Below are positions 33,975 to 43,583 of a stretch of DNA of 64,000 nt, piece after piece. The notes below the pieces were generated by a model. That model made no database searches, was not told the origin of the DNA, and saw nothing but the letters and a program-made list of their open reading frames with translations. Source of the stretch: a virus; the IMG/VR virus record IMGVR_UViG_3300022700_000208, positions 1 through 64,000 of that record; one strand, written 5' to 3'. The number at the start of each line of letters is the position of its first letter. Position 1 is the first letter of the stretch. Made by a program: the position numbers and the translations under genes.

Positions 33975-36542
33975 TTGGCATCTAAGAGTAACTGGCAATG
34001 GCAAAAAATGGAAAAACGAGATTCGTTCGATATAATAAGGAAGTCTCTAGCCAAGAGAAGGCTATTAGATTTTACCCAGCACACAAAGCCAAATTACAAA
34101 GCAAATTGGCACCATAAACTGATATGTGACAAGCTTGATAAGTTTATAGAAGGTAAGATCAAAAGACTGATGATCCTAATGCCTCCTAGGCACGGTAAAC
34201 AAGTTTCTTTTGATACTCCTGTTTTTACTCCTTCGGGTTGGACAATCCATGGAGATCTTCAAGTTGGTGATGAGGTGTTTGGCCCTGATGGGAATCCTAC
34301 TAAAGTGATAGCTTTAAGTGAGGAGTCTTATCAAGATATTGAGGTAGAATTATCTAATGGTCAGATTATTGAGTGCCATGAAAATCATGAGTGGTCCTTT
34401 TATGATAGGTCTCGTAGGGTTTGGAGAACTAAAGAGACAAATTGGTTTTTAAATAGGAAAGTTGTAAGTTCAGGAAGATGTATATTTCAACTTCCTAATA
34501 TCAATCCTCTTTATTTTGCTGAAAAAAATCTTGAGGTTGATCCTTATTTTCTTGGAGTGTGGTTAGGAGATGGAACATCAATTAAGCCTACTCTGAATTT
34601 GTGCTCTGATGATGAGGGTTATATATTATCTGGAATCCCCTATAATTTTAGCTCTAGGGCTGTCCATAAAGATACAAAGGTCCCAAGTATAAATTATTAT
34701 GGGGAAGTCAAAGATAATATTGAAAAATTAGGTCTTTTCGGGAATAAGCATATTCCAAAAGATTATTTATACTCATCTTTAGAACAGAGAGTTCAACTTT
34801 TGGCAGGTCTTATTGATTCAGATGGGCATGTTGAAAAAGAAGGAAGAGTTAGGTTTGTTAATACAAATAAGGATTTGATTGATGGAGTTTATGAGCTTCT
34901 CAGAACACTCGGACAAAGACCTTATCTTACTTCTCAGGAAGCTCATAGCAGTACAACTCTTCCTATAAATTCTGACAAAAAATGTTATGCAGTAGGTTTT
35001 CAGCCTACAATTGATATACCTACTAGGGTTCCAAGAAAAAAGATAAAGAGGATTGTAACTCAGAGAAGAGTTGGGATTAAAGATGTAAGGAGAGTTGATA
35101 AAAAGACTAAAGGAAATTGCATTCAAGTTGATAGGGAGGATGGTCTTTATTTAGTTGGGGAGAGTCTTATCCCCACACACAATTCAGAATTAGTTAGTAG
35201 GAGACTTCCTGCTTACATATTTGGGAAAAATCCAGATGCTCAGGTGATCTCAGCCACGTATGGAGCTGAGCTATCACAGAGATTGAATAGGGATGTTCAG
35301 AGGATTATTGATTCTGATCCTTATAGAGATTTGTTCCCAGAAACACAGCTTTCTTCCAAGAATGTAAAGACAACCTCAAAGATGAGTTATTTAAGAAACT
35401 CAGATATCTTTGAGATAGTAGGAAGAAAGGGAGTTTATCAGTGCGCTGGAGTTGGAGGCGCATTGACTGGTATGGGAGCCAATTATGTGTTGATTGATGA
35501 TCCCTTTAAGAACCAGGAAGAGGCAGACTCCCCGACGATAAGAGAAAAAGTTTGGGATTTTTATTCCTCTGTTCTTTATACCAGGCTTGAAACCCAGCTC
35601 AGTGATGGAAGCGTAGTCAATAGTGATGGGGGAATTCTTCTTACTACAACCAGATGGCATGAGGATGATTTAGCTGGAAGGCTAATCACTCAAATGCATG
35701 AAGATCCTGAGAATGCTGATCAATGGGAGATCATCAATCTCCCAGCAATTATTGAAACTCAGGAGGAGGAAGAAAATTCTATTGATCCCAGGGTAATGGG
35801 AGAGGCTCTTTGGCCTGATAAATTTGATGAGAAAAAGCTTCACGTTATTAAGTCCACTCTTGGTTCCAGAAAGTGGGCTGCTCTTTATGAGGGAAGACCT
35901 GCTCCTGATAAGGGAGACATTGTAGAAAGAGAGTGGTGGCAATACTATACAGATCTTCCTGAAGAGCTTGATTTCAAGCTTATTTCTGTGGACTGTGCTT
36001 TTAAGGGAACCAAGAAATCAGACTTTGTAGCTATACAGGTCTGGGGCAAAAAAGGAGTTCACAAATATCTGATCCATCAGGTTCGAGCCAAGATGGGTTT
36101 CAATGCAACTGTGGAGGCTATCAGGCAAGTTAAATACAAATATCCTGATGCTATGGAAGTTCTTATTGAGGAAAAAGCCAACGGGGCGGCTGTTATAGAA
36201 AGTCTTAAGAGTGAGATTGAGGGAGTAACTGCCTTCAATCCTAAAGATTCTAAAGAGTCCAGGGCCAAGGCTAATGCTGTGGCTCCCCAGATTGAGGCTG
36301 GAAATGTTCATATTCCCGATCCCTCAGTTGCTTCTTGGGTTGGTGATTATGTTGAAGAGTGGGCTGTGTTCCCGAACAGTCAGAATGATGATCAGGTGGA
36401 TGCCACATCTCAAGCTCTTATCAAGATGCATCAGACAGCCTATGAATGGGTTGATGTGGTTGATCATCTTGAGCAGGGAAAAGGCATTGAAGGTCTTCCT
36501 CCAGAAGTGGCTGAGCAACTTTGGCCTAATCATGCTGGATAA
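33975..36542 (+). CDS. terL: Terminase large subunit containing an intein
   Basis: MPPRHGK|intein|SEL, LIDDPFK, TRWHEDDLAGRL, SVDCAFK, IEEKANG, DDQVDA. Confidence 0.95.
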   Translation: MASKSNWQWQKMEKRDSFDIIRKSLAKRRLLDFTQHTKPNYKANWHHKLICDKLDKFIEGKIKRLMILMPPRHGKQVSFDTPVFTPSGWTIHGDLQVGDEVFGPDGNPTKVIALSEESYQDIEVELSNGQIIECHENHEWSFYDRSRRVWRTKETNWFLNRKVVSSGRCIFQLPNINPLYFAEKNLEVDPYFLGVWLGDGTSIKPTLNLCSDDEGYILSGIPYNFSSRAVHKDTKVPSINYYGEVKDNIEKLGLFGNKHIPKDYLYSSLEQRVQLLAGLIDSDGHVEKEGRVRFVNTNKDLIDGVYELLRTLGQRPYLTSQEAHSSTTLPINSDKKCYAVGFQPTIDIPTRVPRKKIKRIVTQRRVGIKDVRRVDKKTKGNCIQVDREDGLYLVGESLIPTHNSELVSRRLPAYIFGKNPDAQVISATYGAELSQRLNRDVQRIIDSDPYRDLFPETQLSSKNVKTTSKMSYLRNSDIFEIVGRKGVYQCAGVGGALTGMGANYVLIDDPFKNQEEADSPTIREKVWDFYSSVLYTRLETQLSDGSVVNSDGGILLTTTRWHEDDLAGRLITQMHEDPENADQWEIINLPAIIETQEEEENSIDPRVMGEALWPDKFDEKKLHVIKSTLGSRKWAALYEGRPAPDKGDIVEREWWQYYTDLPEELDFKLISVDCAFKGTKKSDFVAIQVWGKKGVHKYLIHQVRAKMGFNATVEAIRQVKYKYPDAMEVLIEEKANGAAVIESLKSEIEGVTAFNPKDSKESRAKANAVAPQIEAGNVHIPDPSVASWVGDYVEEWAVFPNSQNDDQVDATSQALIKMHQTAYEWVDVVDHLEQGKGIEGLPPEVAEQLWPNHAG
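34200..35183 (+). mobile_element. Class 3-type intein (328 aa) with LAGLIDADG endonuclease in the terL Walker A
   Basis: Begins with Gln; WCT triad (HENHEW, GNCIQV, PTHN); LGVWLGDG and LAGLIDSDG. Confidence 0.88.
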
Positions 36543-36544
36543 TC

Positions 36545-36766
36545 ATGAGCAATACTAGGTTTGAGCCGACAAATAAACTCAGAGTAGCTAAGTGGACAGA
36601 GCGGGTGAAAAGCAATGTTGATCCCATGAAACATCCAGTTGGCAAACCTATTCCTACAAAAATTGTGGAAAGACAGGCCATTCAGCAACTCTGGTATTGT
36701 GTGAAAACAGGCAAAGAAGAGTGGAGATTCCTGGAAGAAGTTAATCTAGAGGCATCAGAGGTTTGA
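36545..36766 (+). CDS. hypothetical protein
   Basis: IQQLW...EWR motif common in phage proteins. Confidence 0.65.
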   Translation: MSNTRFEPTNKLRVAKWTERVKSNVDPMKHPVGKPIPTKIVERQAIQQLWYCVKTGKEEWRFLEEVNLEASEV

Positions 36767-36952
36767 ATGAAGGTAAGAGTGGGAAACGAGATATATGATT
36801 CTGAGTACACGTATATTGCTATTCTCCTAAGTGATAAGGACAAAGATAATATATCAAGAATGCCTGAGGAAAATAATGTCTATTCTTCATTTCCAGAGGA
36901 CATGGACTTGGATGAGGTAAGAAAGAGAAATAAAGAGCTGAAGAATGAATAG
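36767..36952 (+). CDS. hypothetical protein
   Basis: 61 aa, coupled. Confidence 0.6.
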   Translation: MKVRVGNEIYDSEYTYIAILLSDKDKDNISRMPEENNVYSSFPEDMDLDEVRKRNKELKNE

Positions 36953-37697
36953 AGATTCCTATGGAATTATAGGCCAGATCAAAGGCCCCAATAATCCAAT
37001 AGAGGTAGAAGGTGGAGATTCCGTCAATTGGGAAGGTCACTGGATCTATCTCAATAATGGCCGAGATCCAGGAGGTAAAATAGTCAAGACTACTTCCAGG
37101 TATGTGAGTTTTTTTGAGGTGGGCTTTGGGGCTTATGCAAGGCATCCCAAGAAAAGCCAAACCAAGCATGGTTTTGGGGCCTATTATAAAAATCCATGGC
37201 AGGGATGTATCTCCAGGGACCAGCTAAGAGGAATTCTGGCTGCCCTTATCTCAGGTGGGGAGTATTTGGCTATGCTGAGGCTTATTCTTCACCATGCCCT
37301 GAGAGGCTTCATATTTGCCTACAACACGATTGAAAATGGGGATGATCCCGACACAGCCCCCTGGAAGCTACCAGATCTCACAGGGCCTGACATTTGGGCT
37401 ATGGAGCTACGGGGGTTTGGCCTGGCCAGTTGGCTCTTCTGGCCGATACTGTGTCTGCTCGATATCTACATGCTTTTTAATGCAGTGTTCCATAATCATA
37501 AGGAAACCCAGCATGTGATCAGTTTTTCTATCACCCTGCTTGTTTGTGTTGAGAATGTTCCCACCCCCACGAGCTTATTGGCTAAATATGTGATCGACAG
37601 GGATGAGCTATTATCAGAGCTTTATAAGTATTGGTGCAATTGGAGAGAAAGCTGTGAAATCTATCATGCTTATGAAAAGAGGTTGAATGCCCTATGA
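36945..37697 (+). CDS. hypothetical protein, possibly membrane-associated
   Basis: 250 aa ORF. Confidence 0.7.
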   Translation: MNRDSYGIIGQIKGPNNPIEVEGGDSVNWEGHWIYLNNGRDPGGKIVKTTSRYVSFFEVGFGAYARHPKKSQTKHGFGAYYKNPWQGCISRDQLRGILAALISGGEYLAMLRLILHHALRGFIFAYNTIENGDDPDTAPWKLPDLTGPDIWAMELRGFGLASWLFWPILCLLDIYMLFNAVFHNHKETQHVISFSITLLVCVENVPTPTSLLAKYVIDRDELLSELYKYWCNWRESCEIYHAYEKRLNAL

Positions 37698-37987
37698 GCA
37701 AAGCTAATGATCTTAAGAACAAGGTAAAAGACATCAAGATGAAAGAAAAATCCACTGGGACCACTGGGGTTGGTGGATCGGAAGTCTCCCATACCCATGG
37801 GTATGTGATTGATGAAAATGGTAATGGGAAGACCACATCTACCTCAGAGGGAGAGGATCATATTCATCAGATCACTGAGTATGAGGTTCAGCCTGCACCT
37901 CCAGGCAATCATGTTCATCCTTTGGAGAAAAAGGATGATAATGGGGATGCAGGAAAGCCTATAAATCAGAGAGGTAAAAAGAAATGA
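37694..37987 (+). CDS. His-rich (HxH repeat) protein, MSKA-leader family
   Basis: MSKANDLKNK; SHTHG, DHIHQ, NHVHP. Confidence 0.7.
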   Translation: MSKANDLKNKVKDIKMKEKSTGTTGVGGSEVSHTHGYVIDENGNGKTTSTSEGEDHIHQITEYEVQPAPPGNHVHPLEKKDDNGDAGKPINQRGKKK

Positions 37988-38193
37988 TCTCCCCGTGGTA
38001 TCTTAGCATGGGCATTGCCACTCTTATGCTTGTGATGATGGATGCCTACACAAAGAAAAGTCCTGATGTGACAAATATTAGAGATCCATTTACTTTGATG
38101 AGGCTTGTTCCTTTTGCTCTTATCCTTGCCATTCTTGGTTGGCCTCTTATTTTAATGGAGATGGTAGTCAAGCATGTTGTCAGAAAACATTAA
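37984..38193 (+). CDS. small membrane protein
   Basis: Two hydrophobic segments. Confidence 0.6.
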   Translation: MISPWYLSMGIATLMLVMMDAYTKKSPDVTNIRDPFTLMRLVPFALILAILGWPLILMEMVVKHVVRKH

Positions 38194-38602
38194 GACAGAA
38201 GAGGAAGACACATTCTATGATGTGGATGGCAAACTGGCCAAGAAATTGGATGGTCCCCCTAAGAATATGAAAAAATCCAAGGAGAAAAAGTTTGCCATGA
38301 TCATTGGGGGAGATACAGCCGTTGTATTCACCTCCCCTTCGGATAAGGAAGCCAAGCAGGACACCAAGAATAGAGTTGAAAAGGATGATCTCAAGAATGC
38401 TGTCCTGGCTAGAAAGGTGGGAGATCTTCCTGATAGTGGTGAGGAGATTTTCCAAGCATTTATTTCTTTTGCAGATAAAGACAAAGAGGAAACCAAATCA
38501 GCTAAGCTAAAGAACCTAGTTCAAAACACAAGGAATCCTCTTCAGAATACTCCTTATCCATTTGATAAGAAGAAAAAGAGGAAGCGTTATGAAGAAAGCT
38601 AA
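38174..38602 (+). CDS. hypothetical protein
   Basis: 142 aa; C-terminal KSAKLKNLVQ resembles the leader motif. Confidence 0.6.
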   Translation: MLSENIKTEEEDTFYDVDGKLAKKLDGPPKNMKKSKEKKFAMIIGGDTAVVFTSPSDKEAKQDTKNRVEKDDLKNAVLARKVGDLPDSGEEIFQAFISFADKDKEETKSAKLKNLVQNTRNPLQNTPYPFDKKKKRKRYEES

Positions 38603-38879
38603 AAAGCTCAAACAATCAGTTGAGAAAGCCTATGGGCCTGATTTTGATAATCTTAAGAAAAATCGTGTTGATCTCACCAATGCTGAGAGGGAAAAGATTA
38701 TGAGATCTCATGCTTATTGGCATCACGGTAGAAAAGGAAGGGCAACTCCAGCTATATTCAAAGCAATGATTGGTGGGTGTCCCTATTATGTTCCCCATAC
38801 TCACAGGGCTTACAGATGCCTTAGAACCTTAGATGGGGCTATCAACCAATTCCACAAATACATTAAACAGACAGCATAG
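38589..38879 (+). CDS. protein, MSKA-leader family
   Basis: MKKAKKLKQSVE. Confidence 0.7.
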   Translation: MKKAKKLKQSVEKAYGPDFDNLKKNRVDLTNAEREKIMRSHAYWHHGRKGRATPAIFKAMIGGCPYYVPHTHRAYRCLRTLDGAINQFHKYIKQTA

Positions 38880-38887
38880 GGATTGAT

Positions 38888-39157
38888 ATGATCTCTGAAT
38901 ACCATGAATATGCATTCAGTTACATTGAAAAGACAGCTCAATTGTACCCTCAAGTGAATTCTATTACTCTTTTGGACAGAGTTAGAAAGGCAGCCAAATG
39001 GGCTAATAAAAAGCATGGGGAAAGAAGAACTCCCTGTAGTGAGTGTGGAAAGAAAAAATACACTATAAGTGATCGGGTGGATCATCATATCTGTTTCGAT
39101 TGCTATGTGGGACATGATACCCAGGAAATTATGATGCAAAATTGGGGAAGTCGGTAA
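38888..39157 (+). CDS. zinc-finger protein
   Basis: CSEC...CFDC. Confidence 0.6.
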   Translation: MISEYHEYAFSYIEKTAQLYPQVNSITLLDRVRKAAKWANKKHGERRTPCSECGKKKYTISDRVDHHICFDCYVGHDTQEIMMQNWGSR

Positions 39158-39187
39158 ATTTAAAATACAAACAAAAGGAGAATTAAA

Positions 39188-39871
39188 ATGAGCCGAGCTG
39201 AGAAGCTTTTAAATGAAATGAAAATGGTTGAAAAGAAGTTAAAGGACAAGGATTTTCGCAATCCTCGTGATGCAGTTGAGATGGATGATTTCCAGAAGTT
39301 TGCCAAAGACAAGCTCAAGGATAAGCCTGAGGATCTTATCAGGAAAGGATTCTTTGAGAAAACCAAAGATGGTGAAATCATTCCTTCTAAGAAACTTGCT
39401 AAGGAAATGGCTAGTACAGGCAATTCTTTTGATGAGAAGGAAATTGATGGTTTGACTGATCAGTTAGAGTCAATGATCAGGGATGTTGCTAATAGTGTTA
39501 TTAAGAAAGTTGCCAAGAAAAGAAATGTCAAACCTAAGGGGATAGAGGCTGAGGTCAAATTAAATGTTGATCCCAATTCCTTCCAGTCTCCTGCCAAAGT
39601 TGAGATTTATTATAAAGGGGAGGAAGAAGAGGTAGAAATTGGATTTGGTGCTCCTCCTTCTATGGATTTTGATGCAAAGGTTGATGAGTTTGAGGATATG
39701 GAATGGACTCTTCTTCTTGATTTTGAATCCCCATGGCATGAATCTGACGTGAGAGACAATTGGGAGCAGGTTGAGTTACTGAGAACATTGAATGAGCTTG
39801 GGGTTGATGATGATTCTGAAGAAAAGCTCAAGAAAGCTGTTAATGAGCTGATTGATTCTGCTGAGGAGTAA
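39188..39871 (+). CDS. protein, MSKA-leader family
   Basis: MSRAEKLLNEMKMVE. Confidence 0.8.
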   Translation: MSRAEKLLNEMKMVEKKLKDKDFRNPRDAVEMDDFQKFAKDKLKDKPEDLIRKGFFEKTKDGEIIPSKKLAKEMASTGNSFDEKEIDGLTDQLESMIRDVANSVIKKVAKKRNVKPKGIEAEVKLNVDPNSFQSPAKVEIYYKGEEEEVEIGFGAPPSMDFDAKVDEFEDMEWTLLLDFESPWHESDVRDNWEQVELLRTLNELGVDDDSEEKLKKAVNELIDSAEE

Positions 39872-39873
39872 TC

Positions 39874-40176
39874 ATGAGCAAAGCAAAAAGAATTCTTTCA
39901 GAAATGGACATGGTGGAGCAGAGGCTGGAGAAGGAACTTCAGCCTCTCTTTGATGAGCTTGAGAATCAAAGCTTTGTTAAAGACATTGATAAGACTGATG
40001 GGACAGAGCTTGATGTGACTGTTGTCGATAAGCGGGGTAAAGCTGATGTTCTTACTCTGGCCTGGGATGATAAGAACAATGAATATGTCTGGTCAGATTT
40101 CAGCAAGGATACTCCTATCGGTAAGAAACCTGAAGATGCCATCAAGTGGCTCAAGAAAAAATTGAAGGTTAGGTAA
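39874..40176 (+). CDS. protein, MSKA-leader family
   Basis: MSKAKRILSEMDMVE. Confidence 0.8.
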   Translation: MSKAKRILSEMDMVEQRLEKELQPLFDELENQSFVKDIDKTDGTELDVTVVDKRGKADVLTLAWDDKNNEYVWSDFSKDTPIGKKPEDAIKWLKKKLKVR

Positions 40177-40431
40177 ATGTCTAAGGCAAAGAAGCTATTG
40201 GACAAAGTGGAAAACAATAATGAGGCTGTGGTCAAGGATGCTCTCAAAGTTATTAAGAAAGCCACTCCTGAGGAGCTTCTCCAGATCATGAGCCAATTAG
40301 AAAGAAGATTTGAGGATGATAAGGAACTTAATGGCCTTTCCAAGGTTATGAGTCAGATAATCAAAAAAGTTTCTAAGGCCAAGTTTGGATCAGTCAAGAA
40401 AGTATCGAATAAGTCCCTCATGGTTAAGTAA
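40177..40431 (+). CDS. protein, MSKA-leader family
   Basis: MSKAKKLLDKVE. Confidence 0.8.
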   Translation: MSKAKKLLDKVENNNEAVVKDALKVIKKATPEELLQIMSQLERRFEDDKELNGLSKVMSQIIKKVSKAKFGSVKKVSNKSLMVK

Positions 40432-40441
40432 GGAGAGTGAA

Positions 40442-40762
40442 ATGAGCAAAGCGAAAAGATTAATTGAGAAACTGGATATTGGTGAAAAGAAGCTTAAGGA
40501 TTTTGTCAGTGATCTTGAGAAAAACATCAGAGATGTTAAAGAGTTTATCCCTCCTACAGAAGGTAAAAGAAAAGATGCCATCAGGTCCTTATCCAAATTG
40601 GCTGTAGATTCTGTTTTTGTTTTAGCTGAGGAATCGAATAAGTTGAGAAGTGATGATTTGGGAGATGATTCAGATAGATTTTTGGATAATCTGGAGGATT
40701 CTTTAAAGAGTATGGAATCCCAAATGAAACGAGTCAGAAGTAACTTGAAAAAGTTAAAGTAA
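40442..40762 (+). CDS. protein, MSKA-leader family
   Basis: MSKAKRLIEKLDIGE; SD AAGGAG. Confidence 0.8.
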   Translation: MSKAKRLIEKLDIGEKKLKDFVSDLEKNIRDVKEFIPPTEGKRKDAIRSLSKLAVDSVFVLAEESNKLRSDDLGDDSDRFLDNLEDSLKSMESQMKRVRSNLKKLK

Positions 40763-40772
40763 GGAGAGTGAA

Positions 40773-41132
40773 ATGAATAAAGCTAGACAAGTTTTGGAAA
40801 AAGCAAAGAAGTTTTCTGAGGCTGTGGATAAGCAAGCGGTCAAAGAACTCATTCTGTATGCAGATAATGATGGGGATCTTCATAAAAGACAGTTTGTTCC
40901 CATTCTTAAAAATCTCAAGAAGAAATGGGATAAAGGCCAATTTGATGAGAAGAAAGCAGTCAAAGCCTTTTTGAATTTTGCGGATGAGGCAGCCAAGAAA
41001 TATGTCAAGGAACATGGTGCTCCTGGGGACAAGGTAAAAGATATCTTCCCCAAGAAGGTAAGAGAGGCTGCTGCTGAGGAATGGGCAGAGCGTTTTAAAG
41101 AACAAGTTGAAAACGACGATCTTCCTCTTTGA
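40773..41132 (+). CDS. protein, MSKA-leader family
   Basis: MNKARQVLEKAKKFSE-A. Confidence 0.8.
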   Translation: MNKARQVLEKAKKFSEAVDKQAVKELILYADNDGDLHKRQFVPILKNLKKKWDKGQFDEKKAVKAFLNFADEAAKKYVKEHGAPGDKVKDIFPKKVREAAAEEWAERFKEQVENDDLPL

Positions 41133-41404
41133 GGTCAGGCATGAATTTTAAAAAGATAACTCCAGATTTCATTCTTATTGGGGTAGCCATTCTGGCTCTT
41201 GTGATCACTGTATATGATCTCATGGCTCTTAATAATGGAGGGACAGAGGCTACCATTAGCCATGTGATTATGGTGTGGTCTTACAAATATCCTTTATTCA
41301 CTTGGTTTGCTGGATTCATTCCAGGTGTATTGGTGGGGCATTTGTTTTGGAGAATTAGGGATAGTAAGAAAACAGACAAGTTAGGAAGGGAGATTCCGAA
41401 ATGA
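41129..41404 (+). CDS. small membrane protein (2 TM, holin-like candidate)
   Basis: Hydrophobic helices; GHLFW. Confidence 0.6.
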   Translation: MRSGMNFKKITPDFILIGVAILALVITVYDLMALNNGGTEATISHVIMVWSYKYPLFTWFAGFIPGVLVGHLFWRIRDSKKTDKLGREIPK

Positions 41405-41748
41405 GTAAGGCAAAGAAATTCCTTGAGAAAGTCAGTACAAACAAATCTGTCAATGAGGGTTCAATCCTTGAGTTCCCAGACATGGCTAAGGAAAATAAAG
41501 AGTTTAAGAAGCTCTTTAAAAAAGAAGAGGAAATTCAGAAAAAGAGAGAAGAGATATCTGACTCTCTTTTAAAAATGGAAGATCTTCTCAATGATGCCCA
41601 GAAGCAAGCAAATAAAATGAAAGAATCTGATTTTCCAGAAGGGCCTAAATCCGCTGAAGGTAAAGAGGGTTATATAGACAGAATTAAGTTTAAACTGAGA
41701 GACCTGGACAAAGCTATGGATTATCTCAGAGAGCAAGGATTGATGTAA
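41401..41748 (+). CDS. protein, MSKA-leader family
   Basis: MSKAKKFLEK...VNE-G. Confidence 0.8.
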   Translation: MSKAKKFLEKVSTNKSVNEGSILEFPDMAKENKEFKKLFKKEEEIQKKREEISDSLLKMEDLLNDAQKQANKMKESDFPEGPKSAEGKEGYIDRIKFKLRDLDKAMDYLREQGLM

Positions 41749-41779
41749 GCAAACTCCAAAATAAGTTAAAGGATAAACA

Positions 41780-43573
41780 ATGGCAAACACCGAAGAGCAA
41801 ACTCAAAATCAATCATCAGGAGAGCAGGGAAATAGGATAGCTCTCAATGAAGAGCAGTTAAGGGTTCTTGAGCGTGTATTCCCTGGATTCTCTAATGATG
41901 ATGCTAATGCTGACAGTATCCTGGAGAATCTTATTGTCGGCTTTAATGATCCCAACACTCTTTCTAATATGAGTGCTTCCAGTAGGAATTTTGATTCCTA
42001 TCAGGTAGCGGCTGCCTATGCTGCTATCTACACCAAGTCTACTCGCTCTCGTTATGAGCTTATAAGGAAGGTGGAAGAGGCTAGAGATTTCTATTTGGTT
42101 GAGACCATTACTCAGCAATTCACTGAGGATGCTCTGAACCCAGAGACAGGAACTGGCAATATTCTCAATGTCAGTTCTAAAAATAAAAAGATTCAGCAGG
42201 AAATTGATCTGTTGGATGAGCGCTTTGATTTTGATCAGATGGCCCAGACCATCACTCCTGATATGATCCTTTACGGAGAGTACACTCTCAAGACTGAGGT
42301 CAACACTTATGATAAGGACAAGGGATCAGTAAAAAATAATCAGGATGGTCAGGAAAGAAAGCTCAGTGAAAAAAGCATTCATGAGCAGCAGATAGATAAG
42401 CTTAATAAGCAAAAGTCTGTTGATGAAAAAGAAGAGTCTAATGCTGGCCTGGTTAATATTCTTGATAATGTTGAGCAGGGATCAGTTATTGCTCTTGAAA
42501 AGGATGGCGGTATTGATGGTTATCTTGTGATCAATCATAAGGGAAGGCTTCAAAAAGCTGAGCCTGCTGATTTCATCAAGTTTGCTCTTCCCAGGACCAG
42601 AATACGTATTGATCTTCAGAATGAGGTCAGTGGTGTTGTTAGACATTTTGGGGGAAATCCTCAAAGAGAGTCTGTCAAAAAAGAACTTGCTAATGTCCCA
42701 AGATTTATTCGGGTTGGACGTTCTATTATTGCTCCCTTTCTATCTAAGATTAAAGAGCTTCAACTTCTAGAATCTCTTATCCCAGCAACCAAGATATCCA
42801 AGTTATCCAATGGAAATATAGTTGGTGTACAGCTTCCTGAGAATACTAAAGTTGAACAGGGGATGAATGTTGCCAATCGCCTTGAGCAGGTGATCAATAA
42901 AAAAGTCGGTGTTGATAAGGAAAAGGGTGAGCTTAATATTGAAAATATTATGGCAACTTCAGGCAGGACTAAATGTATTCCCATGTTTGGGGAGAAGGGC
43001 CGCCTTGAGAAACTCGATTTCAAATCTGAGGAGCCTGATGATCTGTTGAATGCTGTCAAGGAAATGAGAGAGACCATTCTTGACAGTGCAGGTATTCCTC
43101 ATGAATTGGTTTTTAAATCTGAGGGGGATACTAAGAGTGAGATCCTTAAGCGTTATGCCAGATATCTAAGAAGGCTCAAGCAAATCCAAAAAGGTATTTG
43201 TGATGGTATCAAGCAAATGATCTATATCCACCTGGCCAATAAGGGAATTGAATTTGATCCAGAAGAAATCAGTGTTGAGTTTGAGAATAAGATTGTCGAG
43301 ATCGACAACCTGGACACTCTTGAGTTCATGGATACCACGGTGGGAATGCTTGATAATCTCAAGAATTTCCTTGGGGAACTCAATGAGGAAGGATCTCCCT
43401 TAGAGGGCCGAGTGAATTCTGAATCCTTGGCTGATTTCCTTGAAGAGCAGCTTAGAATTGTGGGGCTCAATAAAGTTATTCTTCCCAGACAAAAACAAAA
43501 GGAAAATCCTCCTGATTATGAACCAGAATCCAAAAAAGAAAATGATCCATTAGGTCCAGAACCTGAAATATAA
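41780..43573 (+). CDS. Portal protein (T4 gp20-like)
   Basis: Size, position, and motifs MILYGE, GRSII, AGIPHEL, RYARYLRRLKQIQ. Confidence 0.8.
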   Translation: MANTEEQTQNQSSGEQGNRIALNEEQLRVLERVFPGFSNDDANADSILENLIVGFNDPNTLSNMSASSRNFDSYQVAAAYAAIYTKSTRSRYELIRKVEEARDFYLVETITQQFTEDALNPETGTGNILNVSSKNKKIQQEIDLLDERFDFDQMAQTITPDMILYGEYTLKTEVNTYDKDKGSVKNNQDGQERKLSEKSIHEQQIDKLNKQKSVDEKEESNAGLVNILDNVEQGSVIALEKDGGIDGYLVINHKGRLQKAEPADFIKFALPRTRIRIDLQNEVSGVVRHFGGNPQRESVKKELANVPRFIRVGRSIIAPFLSKIKELQLLESLIPATKISKLSNGNIVGVQLPENTKVEQGMNVANRLEQVINKKVGVDKEKGELNIENIMATSGRTKCIPMFGEKGRLEKLDFKSEEPDDLLNAVKEMRETILDSAGIPHELVFKSEGDTKSEILKRYARYLRRLKQIQKGICDGIKQMIYIHLANKGIEFDPEEISVEFENKIVEIDNLDTLEFMDTTVGMLDNLKNFLGELNEEGSPLEGRVNSESLADFLEEQLRIVGLNKVILPRQKQKENPPDYEPESKKENDPLGPEPEI

Positions 43574-43583
43574 GGAGAGTAAA

